A DNA stretch of 53,137 nucleotides from a virus (lineage: Duplodnaviria; Caudoviricetes). Positions within the stretch are counted from its first letter, which is position 1; every line of letters starts with the position of its first letter. The stretch lies in the IMG/VR virus record IMGVR_UViG_3300043443_000196, positions 1-53,137 of that record; one strand, 5' to 3'. The position numbers and the translations under genes were made by a program. Below the pieces are notes generated by a model. It was not told the origin of the DNA and did no database searches. It saw only the letters and a list, made by a program, of their open reading frames with translations. This document shows, piece after piece, positions 8,992 to 18,570 of the stretch.

Positions 8992-10486
8992 TCATATCAG
9001 GGGTTACTGTTGGACCGTATGTCCCGTCAGTTGCTTCCCCACCGATTTCATCGTTTAGATCTTCAATTTCTTCTTCAGTCAATCGAAGAACATTCTTTTG
9101 TACCCAAGATTTTGAGTAATACTTGCCAACAAATGGATCCATTTGTTGCAGAACAGCCAGACGACCATTCATGACATCAATGTCTTTAAGTTCGGAGAAA
9201 TGATTATCTCTGTGATAATCAATGACCAACTTTTGTTTAAGGTCTTCCCATTCCTCGATCTTGATAACACCCTTGGCGACCAATTGAACCTTCAGCAAAT
9301 CAAGGAACAACGAGTTGAATCTAGCGCGAAGTCTATCAATGAATTTTTGGAATTTGATTTCTTCTCTGGAAACTTCATTGCTTCTTCCGAGGCTGAATGA
9401 TTGATCTGGATTCAAACGTCCAAGTGGAACGTTGAGAGATCTAAACAGCTTCTGCTTGAAGTATTCAACGTCATCTAGCTGAGACAGATTCTGTCCGCCG
9501 TTCAATGTTGTGATTTCTGTACCCTTACCACCTTCACGACGTGGCATCCAGAAATCTTCCATCATTGACATATGTCGCTTACTGTCAGCTATTTCGCCAG
9601 TGGAAGCATCATAAACAAGTTTGTTCTTGAACTTGTTCATTATTTCATTGACGTATTGCTCAGCCTTGCCTTTTGGCAGGTTACCAACGTCAATGTAGAA
9701 TATTCTTCTCTCGGGAGCGCGAGTCATTCTGTAGATTACCAATGCGTCTTCAACCATCTTTAATTGGTTGGCTGGTTTGATTGCCTTCTGTAGATGCGAA
9801 AGGATCAATCCATTGTTTGGATCAACAATACCGCTCGTGCAACAAACAACTGAGTCAAGTGTTAACTTAACGCCCTGAGACGTTTTATCATCAATACCCG
9901 CATCGTTGAAGAGATAGTATTCTTCAACTGTCTTGATCATTTCAACGCCATTAGGTAACTTTTCCTTCTTGACGTTTCTTATCTTCTTAATCTTTCGTGG
10001 ATCAATCCAACGAACTTCAGCTATGCCGTCCTTAAAGTTTTCCTTATCGAACAGCATGTGGAAATAAATCTTTCCGTCGATATACCAGTGACGGAACCAG
10101 TCGAAACCGCGAGAGTCGAATTCCAGTAAAGAAAGAACTTCTTCAAACTCGGCAGTTATTTTTTTCTTTATGGTATCTGGTAGTTTAGAATCTTCCAGAT
10201 CCAACTGTAGGGGATACTTCTCATCATCGAAAACGAGAGCCTCGTCGATGATGTCATTAATCGCTTGATCTACTTCTGGGAATACAGCAACTTCTCTGTA
10301 TCTTCGAAGTAGATCATTTTCAGTTTTCGCTTCTCCAAGTGGATTATACGCATACCCATAATAATTAGCGCCATCGGCACCAACCACATATGCACCATCA
10401 TCATTATTCGGTGCCACGACAGAAGGAATTGGGGTGTCCGCATCCTTCTTTCGTTTAATAGTGAATCCAAAAACGTTAACTTCCAC
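8981..10486 (-). CDS. 20: Portal vertex protein gp20
   Basis: WYIDG, KAIKPANQLKMVEDALVIYR.TRAPERRIFYIDVGNLPK and EDFWMPRREGGKGTEITTL. Confidence 0.99.
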   Translation of the reverse strand: MEVNVFGFTIKRKKDADTPIPSVVAPNNDDGAYVVGADGANYYGYAYNPLGEAKTENDLLRRYREVAVFPEVDQAINDIIDEALVFDDEKYPLQLDLEDSKLPDTIKKKITAEFEEVLSLLEFDSRGFDWFRHWYIDGKIYFHMLFDKENFKDGIAEVRWIDPRKIKKIRNVKKEKLPNGVEMIKTVEEYYLFNDAGIDDKTSQGVKLTLDSVVCCTSGIVDPNNGLILSHLQKAIKPANQLKMVEDALVIYRMTRAPERRIFYIDVGNLPKGKAEQYVNEIMNKFKNKLVYDASTGEIADSKRHMSMMEDFWMPRREGGKGTEITTLNGGQNLSQLDDVEYFKQKLFRSLNVPLGRLNPDQSFSLGRSNEVSREEIKFQKFIDRLRARFNSLFLDLLKVQLVAKGVIKIEEWEDLKQKLVIDYHRDNHFSELKDIDVMNGRLAVLQQMDPFVGKYYSKSWVQKNVLRLTEEEIEDLNDEIGGEATDGTYGPTVTPDMNGA

Positions 10487-10499
10487 TTGGTATTCCTAA

Positions 10500-11042
10500 T
10501 TAACCCAGAGCGCCCTGAGATGTAGGCGAAGTCCAGAAATTGTACTGGAATGTCACTGGGAAAGTTTCAATTTGGTTATTTGATTCCCAATCAAGAGAGA
10601 TTGCTCCAACTTCAGTTGGCCAAGCATCCTTGAATGTATAACGCTTAACTTCCAGATCATTACGGTCTGTTTGGATCACTGCCATATCAACTTGATATAA
10701 TGCAGGTGACTGAAGACCGTTTGTGTTCTCAGAATTCTGGATTGTATCGATCCAAGCTTCGAAAGCATTGCGAACCACGAAATCGTTGTCGTTGTACACT
10801 TCGATTGACCAAGGAGCAAACTCACGCTCTCCGGCAAAGTGTACTGGACGACCGCGATACATCACGGAAACGTCAGAAACTGCCGAAGCTGGTAACTGTG
10901 AAGACTTTGCTAGGAACTGCAATTTCTGACCAGCCAATGCACCATTTGGTATTATTGCTGGGAAGGTGATCTCAACGCGGAATTGATTAGCACGTGCACC
11001 GCCTTGAATCATTTGCGCTTTGAACGCTGATATGTCTGCCAT
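10500..11042 (-). CDS. 19: Tail tube protein gp19
   Basis: GGARANQF.V, GR....AG.R.F..W, AWPT.VG.I.L.W and F.VTF.Y motifs. Confidence 0.97.
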   Translation of the reverse strand: MADISAFKAQMIQGGARANQFRVEITFPAIIPNGALAGQKLQFLAKSSQLPASAVSDVSVMYRGRPVHFAGEREFAPWSIEVYNDNDFVVRNAFEAWIDTIQNSENTNGLQSPALYQVDMAVIQTDRNDLEVKRYTFKDAWPTEVGAISLDWESNNQIETFPVTFQYNFWTSPTSQGALG

Positions 11043-11065
11043 TTTATGATTCCTTTAGTTTTTAG

Positions 11066-11072
11066 TATTTAG
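11066..11072 (-). promoter_or_regulatory. Candidate late promoter CTAAATA upstream of gp19
   Basis: Intergenic, upstream of an AAGGA RBS. Confidence 0.65.
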
Positions 11073-11077
11073 GTCGC

Positions 11078-11099
11078 ATCCCCTGGTTTCCCAGGGGAT
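11078..11099. other. Stable hairpin between gp18 and gp19
   Basis: Minus strand ATCCCCTGG-GAAA-CCAGGGGAT (9 bp stem, GNRA loop); no U-tract follows on the coding strand. Confidence 0.6.
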
Positions 11100-11106
11100 T
11101 TATAAG

Positions 11107-13023
11107 TTAACCCGCGATTTCCGAGAACTCAGCGCCAGTGCGAGTGGCGATAAAGTTCAACTGGATGAAGTTGATACTACGAGCAGGTTTGATATAAATG
11201 TCTGCGACGAAACGGTTCGTGTCAATCACTTCTGCAGTGTTATTCGACTCATCGCAAACAACGCGGAAGTCTGTAACTCCACGACGACCCTTAACATCAC
11301 GCAGGAATGGCTCAACGATATTACGGAATTGAGCGCGAGTGAATCCATCATTGAATTCGAACAGCTGATACTTAGCAGCAGTTGCAATCGCCTTTTCTAG
11401 AACGATGAACAGACGACGAACGTTGATACGATCAAACGCAGATGGCTTCTTCAGACCAGTCTTATCGCCGTACAGAACAACACCCTGACCTGGGAATGAA
11501 ACGACTGGATTCAGACCAGCAACATACAGATTGTCGCGATCAGTCTTACGTGGGTTGTAAGCTAAACGGACAACGTTCTTAATCTGACCGCGATTGAGAC
11601 CAGCTGGTGAGAACCATGGATCATTTGTCTCATCGGTACGAGCACACAGACCAGCGATATCTCCGTTCAGAGGGATCCAACGGTATGCGTCGTTGTAACG
11701 ATCGTACTGATACTTGTAACCAGAGTCAACGACCATGTAGCTGCTGCTTGGCAGAGCATCTCTGTATGCAATCAGCTTAGTTGTTATGCTTGAATCATTT
11801 CCGATAAGGATGCTTCCGCTGGAATTATCTTCCGGAGAAACAAATGCAACAGCATCTTTACGGAATTCAGCGACGTTCTGAATAACATAATTAGCTACAG
11901 TAGCATTCGCCTTACCGCACATGATCAGGCTGAGATCATATTGCTCGTCTGCATTAAACAGTTCGAACGCAGCTATTTTCTCACCATCAGTACTAGTAAA
12001 ATCGTCAGTACCGCCAGCCAATGCCTTTGTGACTGCAGCGGAGTTTGCAAAAGTTAAGCCGCTTGCTGCCTGACCCCAGTTGGTTCCTGCTGTTGGATGA
12101 CCCATCCACCACACATACTTGGACTGATCGTTGATCACAGTCTTGTAATATGCAGCAGTTCCGTCTTCTTTCTTGGCATCGGAAGCCTTGGAAACGTACT
12201 CAAACTTCTCAAGAAGGGTTCCAGGGGTTCCTGTCCAACGACCATCGTCATCGATAACGACAACATGAAGTTCATCAGCAGAACCGCCAACAGCCGAAGC
12301 GTATGAGCTAGTTCCAGGAGCTCCATTGAAATATGCTTTGTATGCCCAAGTAGCGTAGCTAGAGCTATCCGCCATGGAAACGGTGATTGCATTTCCCAAA
12401 GATCCAGGATACTTTGCAGCAAACTCACCATAGACAGCAACATTTCCTGCTGAGAACAAGTTTGTGTAGTGAGTTTCGTTGTCGATTGCAACACCAGCGT
12501 TTGCGATTGTCACGCTGAAGTTAGCAGTACCACCGGAAGACACCGAGATGCTTGGAGCCGATGTATAACCGAAACCAGGATTAGTGATGACGATATCGGT
12601 AATCACGCCGCCAGAAATAACTGGAGTTCCAGTTGCAGTTATTCCACCCGTAGGAGCATCGCTGAACGCTATCGTCACGGTATCAGCATAACCAGTACCA
12701 CCAGAGTTAACGGTGACTCCAGTAACGGAACCACCAACGGTTCCTACGGCATTCTTTTGCCCAGCTGTTTTTGTACGAACAACCAACAGATTGTTCGAAT
12801 ATGCCAAGAAGTTGGCTGCGGTGAACCAGCTAGTTGCGTTAGAAGAATTTGGTTTTCCGAAACGAGAAACAAGAGCGTTTTCCGAATCGACAGTCGTTAC
12901 TTCCATGACCGGACCCCATGCAGCGTCAACGATCGTAGCGCCGATACTTGCGGAAACTGCTGGTATTACGTTTGTTAGGTCTCGTTCCTGAACAACAACT
13001 GATGGTGATAGTTGTATAGGCAT
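11107..13023 (-). CDS. 18: Contractile tail sheath protein gp18
   Basis: SP.V.V.E.DLT, WGP, PWFSPAG.NRG and LYGDKT...PSAFDRINVRRLF motifs. Confidence 0.99.
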   Translation of the reverse strand: MPIQLSPSVVVQERDLTNVIPAVSASIGATIVDAAWGPVMEVTTVDSENALVSRFGKPNSSNATSWFTAANFLAYSNNLLVVRTKTAGQKNAVGTVGGSVTGVTVNSGGTGYADTVTIAFSDAPTGGITATGTPVISGGVITDIVITNPGFGYTSAPSISVSSGGTANFSVTIANAGVAIDNETHYTNLFSAGNVAVYGEFAAKYPGSLGNAITVSMADSSSYATWAYKAYFNGAPGTSSYASAVGGSADELHVVVIDDDGRWTGTPGTLLEKFEYVSKASDAKKEDGTAAYYKTVINDQSKYVWWMGHPTAGTNWGQAASGLTFANSAAVTKALAGGTDDFTSTDGEKIAAFELFNADEQYDLSLIMCGKANATVANYVIQNVAEFRKDAVAFVSPEDNSSGSILIGNDSSITTKLIAYRDALPSSSYMVVDSGYKYQYDRYNDAYRWIPLNGDIAGLCARTDETNDPWFSPAGLNRGQIKNVVRLAYNPRKTDRDNLYVAGLNPVVSFPGQGVVLYGDKTGLKKPSAFDRINVRRLFIVLEKAIATAAKYQLFEFNDGFTRAQFRNIVEPFLRDVKGRRGVTDFRVVCDESNNTAEVIDTNRFVADIYIKPARSINFIQLNFIATRTGAEFSEIAG

Positions 13024-13071
13024 TATATTTTTCCTTTAATCTGTTGAAACTGATGAGTGGGTCTCATGTTT

Positions 13072-13078
13072 TATTTAG
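13072..13078 (-). promoter_or_regulatory. Candidate late promoter CTAAATA upstream of gp18
   Basis: Located in the gp17-gp18 intergenic region. Confidence 0.65.
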
Positions 13079-13094
13079 TGATTTTACATTTTTG

Positions 13095-14687
13095 CTAGAA
13101 ATTGAAAATTTCTTGCTCAACTTCTGTCCCATCCGTGAAAAAACCAACTGGAATTATTTCAGCATCGATATTTTCGGCTCTCTGCTTAAACATAACTTCT
13201 CGAAGATTTACGTCACACAATTCTTTGAAATATGGGCTGGTAGTTAGCCAACCGAATAAAACTAAAGGCATCACAAGGTCATCATGATACCCGTCATCAG
13301 CTGCATAAGAATCTCTTACCTGAATAAACGTCGATATCTCGGATATTACATCGGAATCGCATATCAATAGTTTAGACTCTTCAACTAATGTTTTGAACAT
13401 TGAACAGCCAATACGTTTCACCTTCTTATCGGTCATAACACCGTATTGAGTTGTTCCTCCACCGAATCCAGCAGATACAGCCTGTCCTTTGGAATTCTTA
13501 GTCACAAACAAGACATTCTCATATTCCATCTCGTTATAGAATATATGAGCAACTTGTTCGCTACTGTTTATCTCAATCAAAACATATGCCTGATTATATT
13601 CCATAGCAGTTTTGTATATAACGCTTGGATATAACATCGGAGGCATTTTGTTATTTCTATATTTAGCGACCATCTTATATGGAGCACTTGTTATATCAAT
13701 AACTACGAATGTACTGTAATCAGCACCAACTCCCTTGGCTGTATCAACCACCATTACATATGTATGTGGCTTTTCACCCTTAACTGGTTTTTCGTACACA
13801 TCAAGACAGTCTTTGGAGTATATTGGTGCAATAACTGGCATGCGCATAATTGCATCGGCATCGATTAATGTTGCTGATGAACCAAGGAAATTCATCAAAA
13901 CCTCTTGGCGATACTTCAACTCACCAAGTAATTGCTTCTGCTCCGCTGCCCAACGCTCATTATGATCTGGGTGTTCCGTATATTCAACTCGTACTGGAAC
14001 AAACCCATTTATACCAGCCTCAGCTTCTGACCAGAATTTCCAGAAGTGATTCAAACCAAGTGGTGTCGAAGTCAATACAATCTTTGTAGTTTCACCTGCG
14101 GAAATTGTTGGATATGTAGCGGTGAAGAACTCGTCCGCAACCGTATTTGGTATGATAGCAGCTTCGTCAACGTATAAGAAGTTGACTGATTTACCACGAA
14201 TACCACTTGAGCTTGTAGCAGCCGTGAATGCCTTACTGTTGTTCTCCAGCGCAATTGAACCCTTGTTCCACTCAGCCACGCCTTGTTGCAACCATTTCGG
14301 AAGGTTCTCATACATCAGCTGAAGTCGAGACATAATTTCTCGAGCAGCAGCTGCTTTGTTGGCGAGAATAGCAACGGTCTTACTATCATTGAATATCAAG
14401 TACCAGCAGAGATACGCAGCAACAGTAGTTGTCTTTCCATGCTGTCGAGGAAACATACCTATCACTCGACGGTTCTCATGCATGCAATTTATAAACCGTA
14501 TCTGATAATCATACAGTTCAAAGTTTATCAATCCCTTATCAAGAGAAATAATCTTGATGTAGTTCTTTATGAAATAAATTGGATCCTGCTTACATTTGAT
14601 ATACTCTTCAAGCTGATCTGCCGTGAACTGAAGAGGAACCCCAATCGACTTGAGGTTCGGATTGGCATTATAAAAAGTAGTTGCCAT
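13095..14687 (-). CDS. 17: Terminase large subunit gp17
   Basis: KC..DPIYF, PRQHGKTT Walker A, LYVDEAA Walker B, STP.G.NHF and HDDLVM nuclease motif. Confidence 0.99.
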   Translation of the reverse strand: MATTFYNANPNLKSIGVPLQFTADQLEEYIKCKQDPIYFIKNYIKIISLDKGLINFELYDYQIRFINCMHENRRVIGMFPRQHGKTTTVAAYLCWYLIFNDSKTVAILANKAAAAREIMSRLQLMYENLPKWLQQGVAEWNKGSIALENNSKAFTAATSSSGIRGKSVNFLYVDEAAIIPNTVADEFFTATYPTISAGETTKIVLTSTPLGLNHFWKFWSEAEAGINGFVPVRVEYTEHPDHNERWAAEQKQLLGELKYRQEVLMNFLGSSATLIDADAIMRMPVIAPIYSKDCLDVYEKPVKGEKPHTYVMVVDTAKGVGADYSTFVVIDITSAPYKMVAKYRNNKMPPMLYPSVIYKTAMEYNQAYVLIEINSSEQVAHIFYNEMEYENVLFVTKNSKGQAVSAGFGGGTTQYGVMTDKKVKRIGCSMFKTLVEESKLLICDSDVISEISTFIQVRDSYAADDGYHDDLVMPLVLFGWLTTSPYFKELCDVNLREVMFKQRAENIDAEIIPVGFFTDGTEVEQEIFNF

Positions 14688-15463
14688 TAATACAGAACTC
14701 TCATATCAACTTCAGCAAGAGCATTACCAGACAGAGGTTTGTTATTAGTATTAGCGTCACCCCAACGATCAACGATGATGTTACCATCTGCGTCCATCGT
14801 TGCGTAATAACCTGCGTTCAGATTTGGTATAACAGCATTAGTTTGTAAAATAACACCATTGGAAGTTAGTTGACCAAACAGATTCAACTTAGCGGTGAAT
14901 GTTAATGTATGAGTGACCAATCTTCGTATAGAGAAATCGCCCTCATAATCATCGCTTACGCTCACACCACCCAATATAATTGGTATATCTTGAACTATAT
15001 TCAGTTCAGGAATAGCATTGACGCTTAAAGAATACTCCGGAGTGAATATAGGAAGTATTTGCTCTATTATCGCTAGGGCATCCTCTGTTCCCTTTGTTAA
15101 TATCGACAACTGAAAGTCAATATTATAAGGAACAGGAGAATATGTCGATGTTACACCAGATTCGTTCTTACATTGAATTTTATTTGAACGATTTACCATT
15201 CGAGATGGATCATACGAATAACCAGTTATCTCGAATGCCATTCTTGGTAGTGTAATGTACACATGACCAGTTAAATTCGGGTCTTGTTCAATTCTTGTTA
15301 TGAACTTTTCCTTCGGTCCATAAGCAATCGGAACATTGACGACTTGTGGAGTTGCTGCTGGATTATTTGGATTACTGCGAATAACCTTTACTTGGCTAAA
15401 GAGTGCGCCAAATCCAATGGTGACTTTCTTTATCAGCTCGTGATAGTACGGAACTTCAAACAT
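14687..15463 (-). CDS. 15: Tail sheath stabiliser / tail terminator gp15
   Basis: YH..I.K....FG.LF, VPIAYGPKEKF, LPRMAFE, PVPYNI.F.L and EQILP.F.P motifs. Confidence 0.96.
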   Translation of the reverse strand: MFEVPYYHELIKKVTIGFGALFSQVKVIRSNPNNPAATPQVVNVPIAYGPKEKFITRIEQDPNLTGHVYITLPRMAFEITGYSYDPSRMVNRSNKIQCKNESGVTSTYSPVPYNIDFQLSILTKGTEDALAIIEQILPIFTPEYSLSVNAIPELNIVQDIPIILGGVSVSDDYEGDFSIRRLVTHTLTFTAKLNLFGQLTSNGVILQTNAVIPNLNAGYYATMDADGNIIVDRWGDANTNNKPLSGNALAEVDMRVLY

Positions 15464-16107
15464 TATACGTCACCAAATGGGTTGTTCGTGTCGAACACGA
15501 AATCATCGGCTCTCTGACGGAACTTACTGTTGCCGCCATACGATTGAGGAACATCAGCTGTATTGACGTTGACATCAGCGGACTTCTGATTCTCAAATGC
15601 ATCAACAGCAGCAACGCCAGTGTTCATTTGCTCCGAAGCATAACGGAACAACTCGACGGTCAATTTATAAACATACAACTGACCTGCTTGATAGAATGCA
15701 TCCTGGTGCTGAACGAACATGATTTCAAACAATCCGCCAGTCATTGGAAAGTATAACAGATCACCTTCTTTTGGTCGAGCAGAGAGAACAGTTGGGTTCG
15801 CAGCAACAGCATTATTCCAAGTGACTCGTGATAAAGTTAGAGTCGCTGACTGTTCCATCGTCAGACCGAATTTAGCAGCGAATGCTCCCTGTCCCTGGAA
15901 ACCACCATCGCTATTTTCCATGTACATGATAATTGGTATAGCGCTCTCGAATTTACTCAAACGATCCTCACCAAGAAGATCATCTTTACCTACTAAGGTT
16001 CTTGGTAAGTATAGGAAGTCAACACCATGAATGTGTATAGCCTCTGTTATGAGGCTCTGAATCAGTGTGTTTTCTTCGTTGTAAACTGAGTTGTATAACC
16101 TTAGCAT
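15463..16107 (-). CDS. 14: Neck protein gp14
   Basis: E.I...G....YLPR, GED..SKF, RPKEGDL.YFP and C-terminal NPFG. Confidence 0.96.
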   Translation of the reverse strand: MLRLYNSVYNEENTLIQSLITEAIHIHGVDFLYLPRTLVGKDDLLGEDRLSKFESAIPIIMYMENSDGGFQGQGAFAAKFGLTMEQSATLTLSRVTWNNAVAANPTVLSARPKEGDLLYFPMTGGLFEIMFVQHQDAFYQAGQLYVYKLTVELFRYASEQMNTGVAAVDAFENQKSADVNVNTADVPQSYGGNSKFRQRADDFVFDTNNPFGDV

Positions 16108-16109
16108 AC

Positions 16110-16153
16110 TTTATTTTTTTAGCTGAGAAAATGTAGTATAATCATTAATGTAG
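16110..16153. repeat. Dispersed intergenic repeat, copy 2
   Basis: TTTATTTTTT-N9-AAATGTAGTATAATCATTAATGTAG, filling most of the gp13-gp14 gap; see 1902-1945. Confidence 0.8.
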
Positions 16154-16161
16154 TGTTTGAA

Positions 16162-16908
16162 TTAACCCATCTGGAACTCAAGTGGTGCCAATTGGTTCAT
16201 GATATTTTCTTCCAAGGCATCAACTTCAGACTTACCTTCGTCATAGATTCTCTGACCATCGATAGTGACGCCACCTGGTAGAGCTATGTTTACATACTTA
16301 GAAAGATTTGCTCCCCACTGTTTTTTCACGAGAGCTACGGCATACTGCTTGAATAATCTTTCATTCCATAATTTAGGGCTGGTAGCTGGATCTAAAGCGG
16401 TGTAAGCATCGAATATTAACCAATTTCCTTCGATGAGAGAAACGCCCCATTTCTGATCGATGTACAACTTACCATTTAGCTTATTGAATCTAAACTGCTT
16501 CTGAGTATTTAATAGATTATCAATGAGAGCAACATGATTCATGACTTGCTGATAATATATCAGACTTGTGCTTGTTAGATCACGAAGGTCGTTCATTCTC
16601 AGCTGATATTGCAGGTCGAATATATTTACAGAGGACGATGCGCTTGAAGTTGGATACGGGAAAATTCTATTAACCGACCATACGTGATCTGGTAATTGGA
16701 TATACTCGTCCGTTATATTCTGCGCTGTTATCTGGTGTTTCAGATACGCCTTTTCCAGACCGTCGAAATAATACTCGCGGAAAAACTCAATAGCCTCATC
16801 GATACGATCTTCCAGCTGTTCATTTGTAACATCGACGTTAACCAGCGGAGAACCAAGCTCTCTGAGAATATATGCTTTTAGTGTTTCTAAGTTTGTTACG
16901 GTTGCCAT
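16162..16908 (-). CDS. 13: Neck protein gp13
   Basis: LK.YILR.LG.P.VNV.V, YA.ALVK.QWG.NLSKY and LPGGVT.DG motifs. Confidence 0.97.
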   Translation of the reverse strand: MATVTNLETLKAYILRELGSPLVNVDVTNEQLEDRIDEAIEFFREYYFDGLEKAYLKHQITAQNITDEYIQLPDHVWSVNRIFPYPTSSASSSVNIFDLQYQLRMNDLRDLTSTSLIYYQQVMNHVALIDNLLNTQKQFRFNKLNGKLYIDQKWGVSLIEGNWLIFDAYTALDPATSPKLWNERLFKQYAVALVKKQWGANLSKYVNIALPGGVTIDGQRIYDEGKSEVDALEENIMNQLAPLEFQMG

Positions 16909-16923
16909 AATTACCTCTTAGTT

Positions 16924-16930
16924 TATTTAG
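16924..16930 (-). promoter_or_regulatory. Candidate late promoter CTAAATA upstream of gp13
   Basis: Overlaps the stop codon of the upstream gene; followed by a GAGG RBS. Confidence 0.6.
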
Positions 16931-18567
16931 TTGGTTTCCGCCGCCAGTGTTTGTAGTATCTTCTGTTTACTCAAATCGTAATCAGGTAAGATTATAATTT
17001 TGTACGTAGCTTCTCGCGTTTCTAGGGTGACAGATGGATTTGAAATGTCATAGGATCTCGCTTTTATATACGCCCATAGTATTACAAGATCTGTCTGTTT
17101 CTCATAACTGGATATTTGAACTGTTTCTCCAGAAGGAAATGTCACAGTGGAACTCTGTACTAGCTGAGTACTCTTTAGATCCAGATACTCTTTGGTTGGT
17201 GCTAATGCATCCAGAGATTCAACTCTAAAGAACATTCTAGAATCTTGAACCGCAATTATGTTCAGATCTTTTATAAAAATGGCACCAGTATCATAATCGA
17301 TCGTTCCGACTGTTCTGACGTATTCAGGTGTTATCGTATCAAACCACTCGTATAAATTTATATTCCCATAGCCATCATCTTTGAGGGAACACAAGTAATT
17401 TCCAGGAATGAAGAACTTGGTTGAGTAGAAATTATTACCAATTCTTGATTGTTTAATTTTCGCACTAAATTTCGTGTTATAATCTATACGGGTATTGTAA
17501 ATAGGTACCACTTCTTTGGATAAAACGAATGTCGACGATTCTGCATATACCGCTCTTGGTGTGAGAACGTTAAATGTTGCTTGATTACCGGTATAGCTAT
17601 AAGAAATAACTCCAGCTGGGTTGTCGTCAAGATCGACTTCAACTATTTCCGTTATTATATTTGCATCCTCTGAGAAACTGACAGTTACAGTGTATGTTTC
17701 TGGATCAGAAGTTTCTGATTGACGTATTAATCTCAGAGAAGACAACGGTATAAATCCACCAACAGCTGGACCCCCAGGCGATCCAGTGACATTTCCATTA
17801 ACGTTCAGTAGAGGGTACGCTTTGACTGATACTTGCGCATTGCAAAATAGAGGTACACCAACACTAATATCCGTATCAACTAATAAAGAACCAGAAAGAT
17901 TCTTTGATACATTTAGTTCGGCATCGTTGATTGTCAACGATTCAATTGACGCTGATAAATCCTTTTGAACAGTTTCCGAAACATTTGACGTTACAATTAC
18001 CTGAATATCGCCTAATATATTATTGGCGACAAATAAGTAAGCATTAGCAACCGATCCAGTGACATTAAGGCTGCTTGAATTGGGGTAAACTACTACTATT
18101 TCGCCGGAGACATCACCGGAAATATCAATAGTCGCTTGCAGCAGCTTATCTATGTTAAGCACTGTACTGGTTACATTCGTAGCCTGTACACTGGTACTTA
18201 ATGGATTCAGTATAAACGGCGCTGCAACATCAGAAGTTACCGCTGCAGTGATGTTCGCCGAGGCAGAATTATCTAGCTTTGCGTCGCCAGTTATAGAACC
18301 GGAGACTGATAAACTGGTTACAAGATTGTTGTTTAGTTTTACATCACCAGTTATAGAACCGGATGCATCAATAGAAGATCCAGCATTATTAACGAGTTTT
18401 ACATCACCAGTTATAGAACCGGAGACTGATACTGACGCCGATAAATCTCGTAGAACCGTTATTTCATTAGATGTGACTGCTGATACTGTTATCGATGCTG
18501 ACAACAGTATCGGTAATGACCCCTGCGACGCTAAGGCAGCAGAGGCTAATGCGTAATTAGCCGCCAT
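16927..18567 (-). CDS. Chimeric putative structural protein: N-terminal ~20-aa beta repeats plus a gp6 C-terminal-like domain
   Basis: SxSxSGSITGDxKL repeats; residues FYSTKF...LKDDGYGN...VGTIDYDTG align with gp6 FLSTRF...LKDDGRGN...VGTINYKTG in this same window. Confidence 0.7.
   Translation of the reverse strand: MAANYALASAALASQGSLPILLSASITVSAVTSNEITVLRDLSASVSVSGSITGDVKLVNNAGSSIDASGSITGDVKLNNNLVTSLSVSGSITGDAKLDNSASANITAAVTSDVAAPFILNPLSTSVQATNVTSTVLNIDKLLQATIDISGDVSGEIVVVYPNSSSLNVTGSVANAYLFVANNILGDIQVIVTSNVSETVQKDLSASIESLTINDAELNVSKNLSGSLLVDTDISVGVPLFCNAQVSVKAYPLLNVNGNVTGSPGGPAVGGFIPLSSLRLIRQSETSDPETYTVTVSFSEDANIITEIVEVDLDDNPAGVISYSYTGNQATFNVLTPRAVYAESSTFVLSKEVVPIYNTRIDYNTKFSAKIKQSRIGNNFYSTKFFIPGNYLCSLKDDGYGNINLYEWFDTITPEYVRTVGTIDYDTGAIFIKDLNIIAVQDSRMFFRVESLDALAPTKEYLDLKSTQLVQSSTVTFPSGETVQISSYEKQTDLVILWAYIKARSYDISNPSVTLETREATYKIIILPDYDLSKQKILQTLAAETN
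18287..18431. repeat. 60-nt period tandem repeat (3 copies) in the chimeric protein gene
   Basis: CCAGTTATAGAACCGGA recurs at about 18287, 18347 and 18407. Confidence 0.8.
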
Positions 18568-18570
18568 CCA

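Noticed and set aside
13046-13068. CTGATGAG hammerhead-like core in the gp17-gp18 gap
   Set aside because: GAAA directly precedes the core, and no stems of the required topology can be formed.
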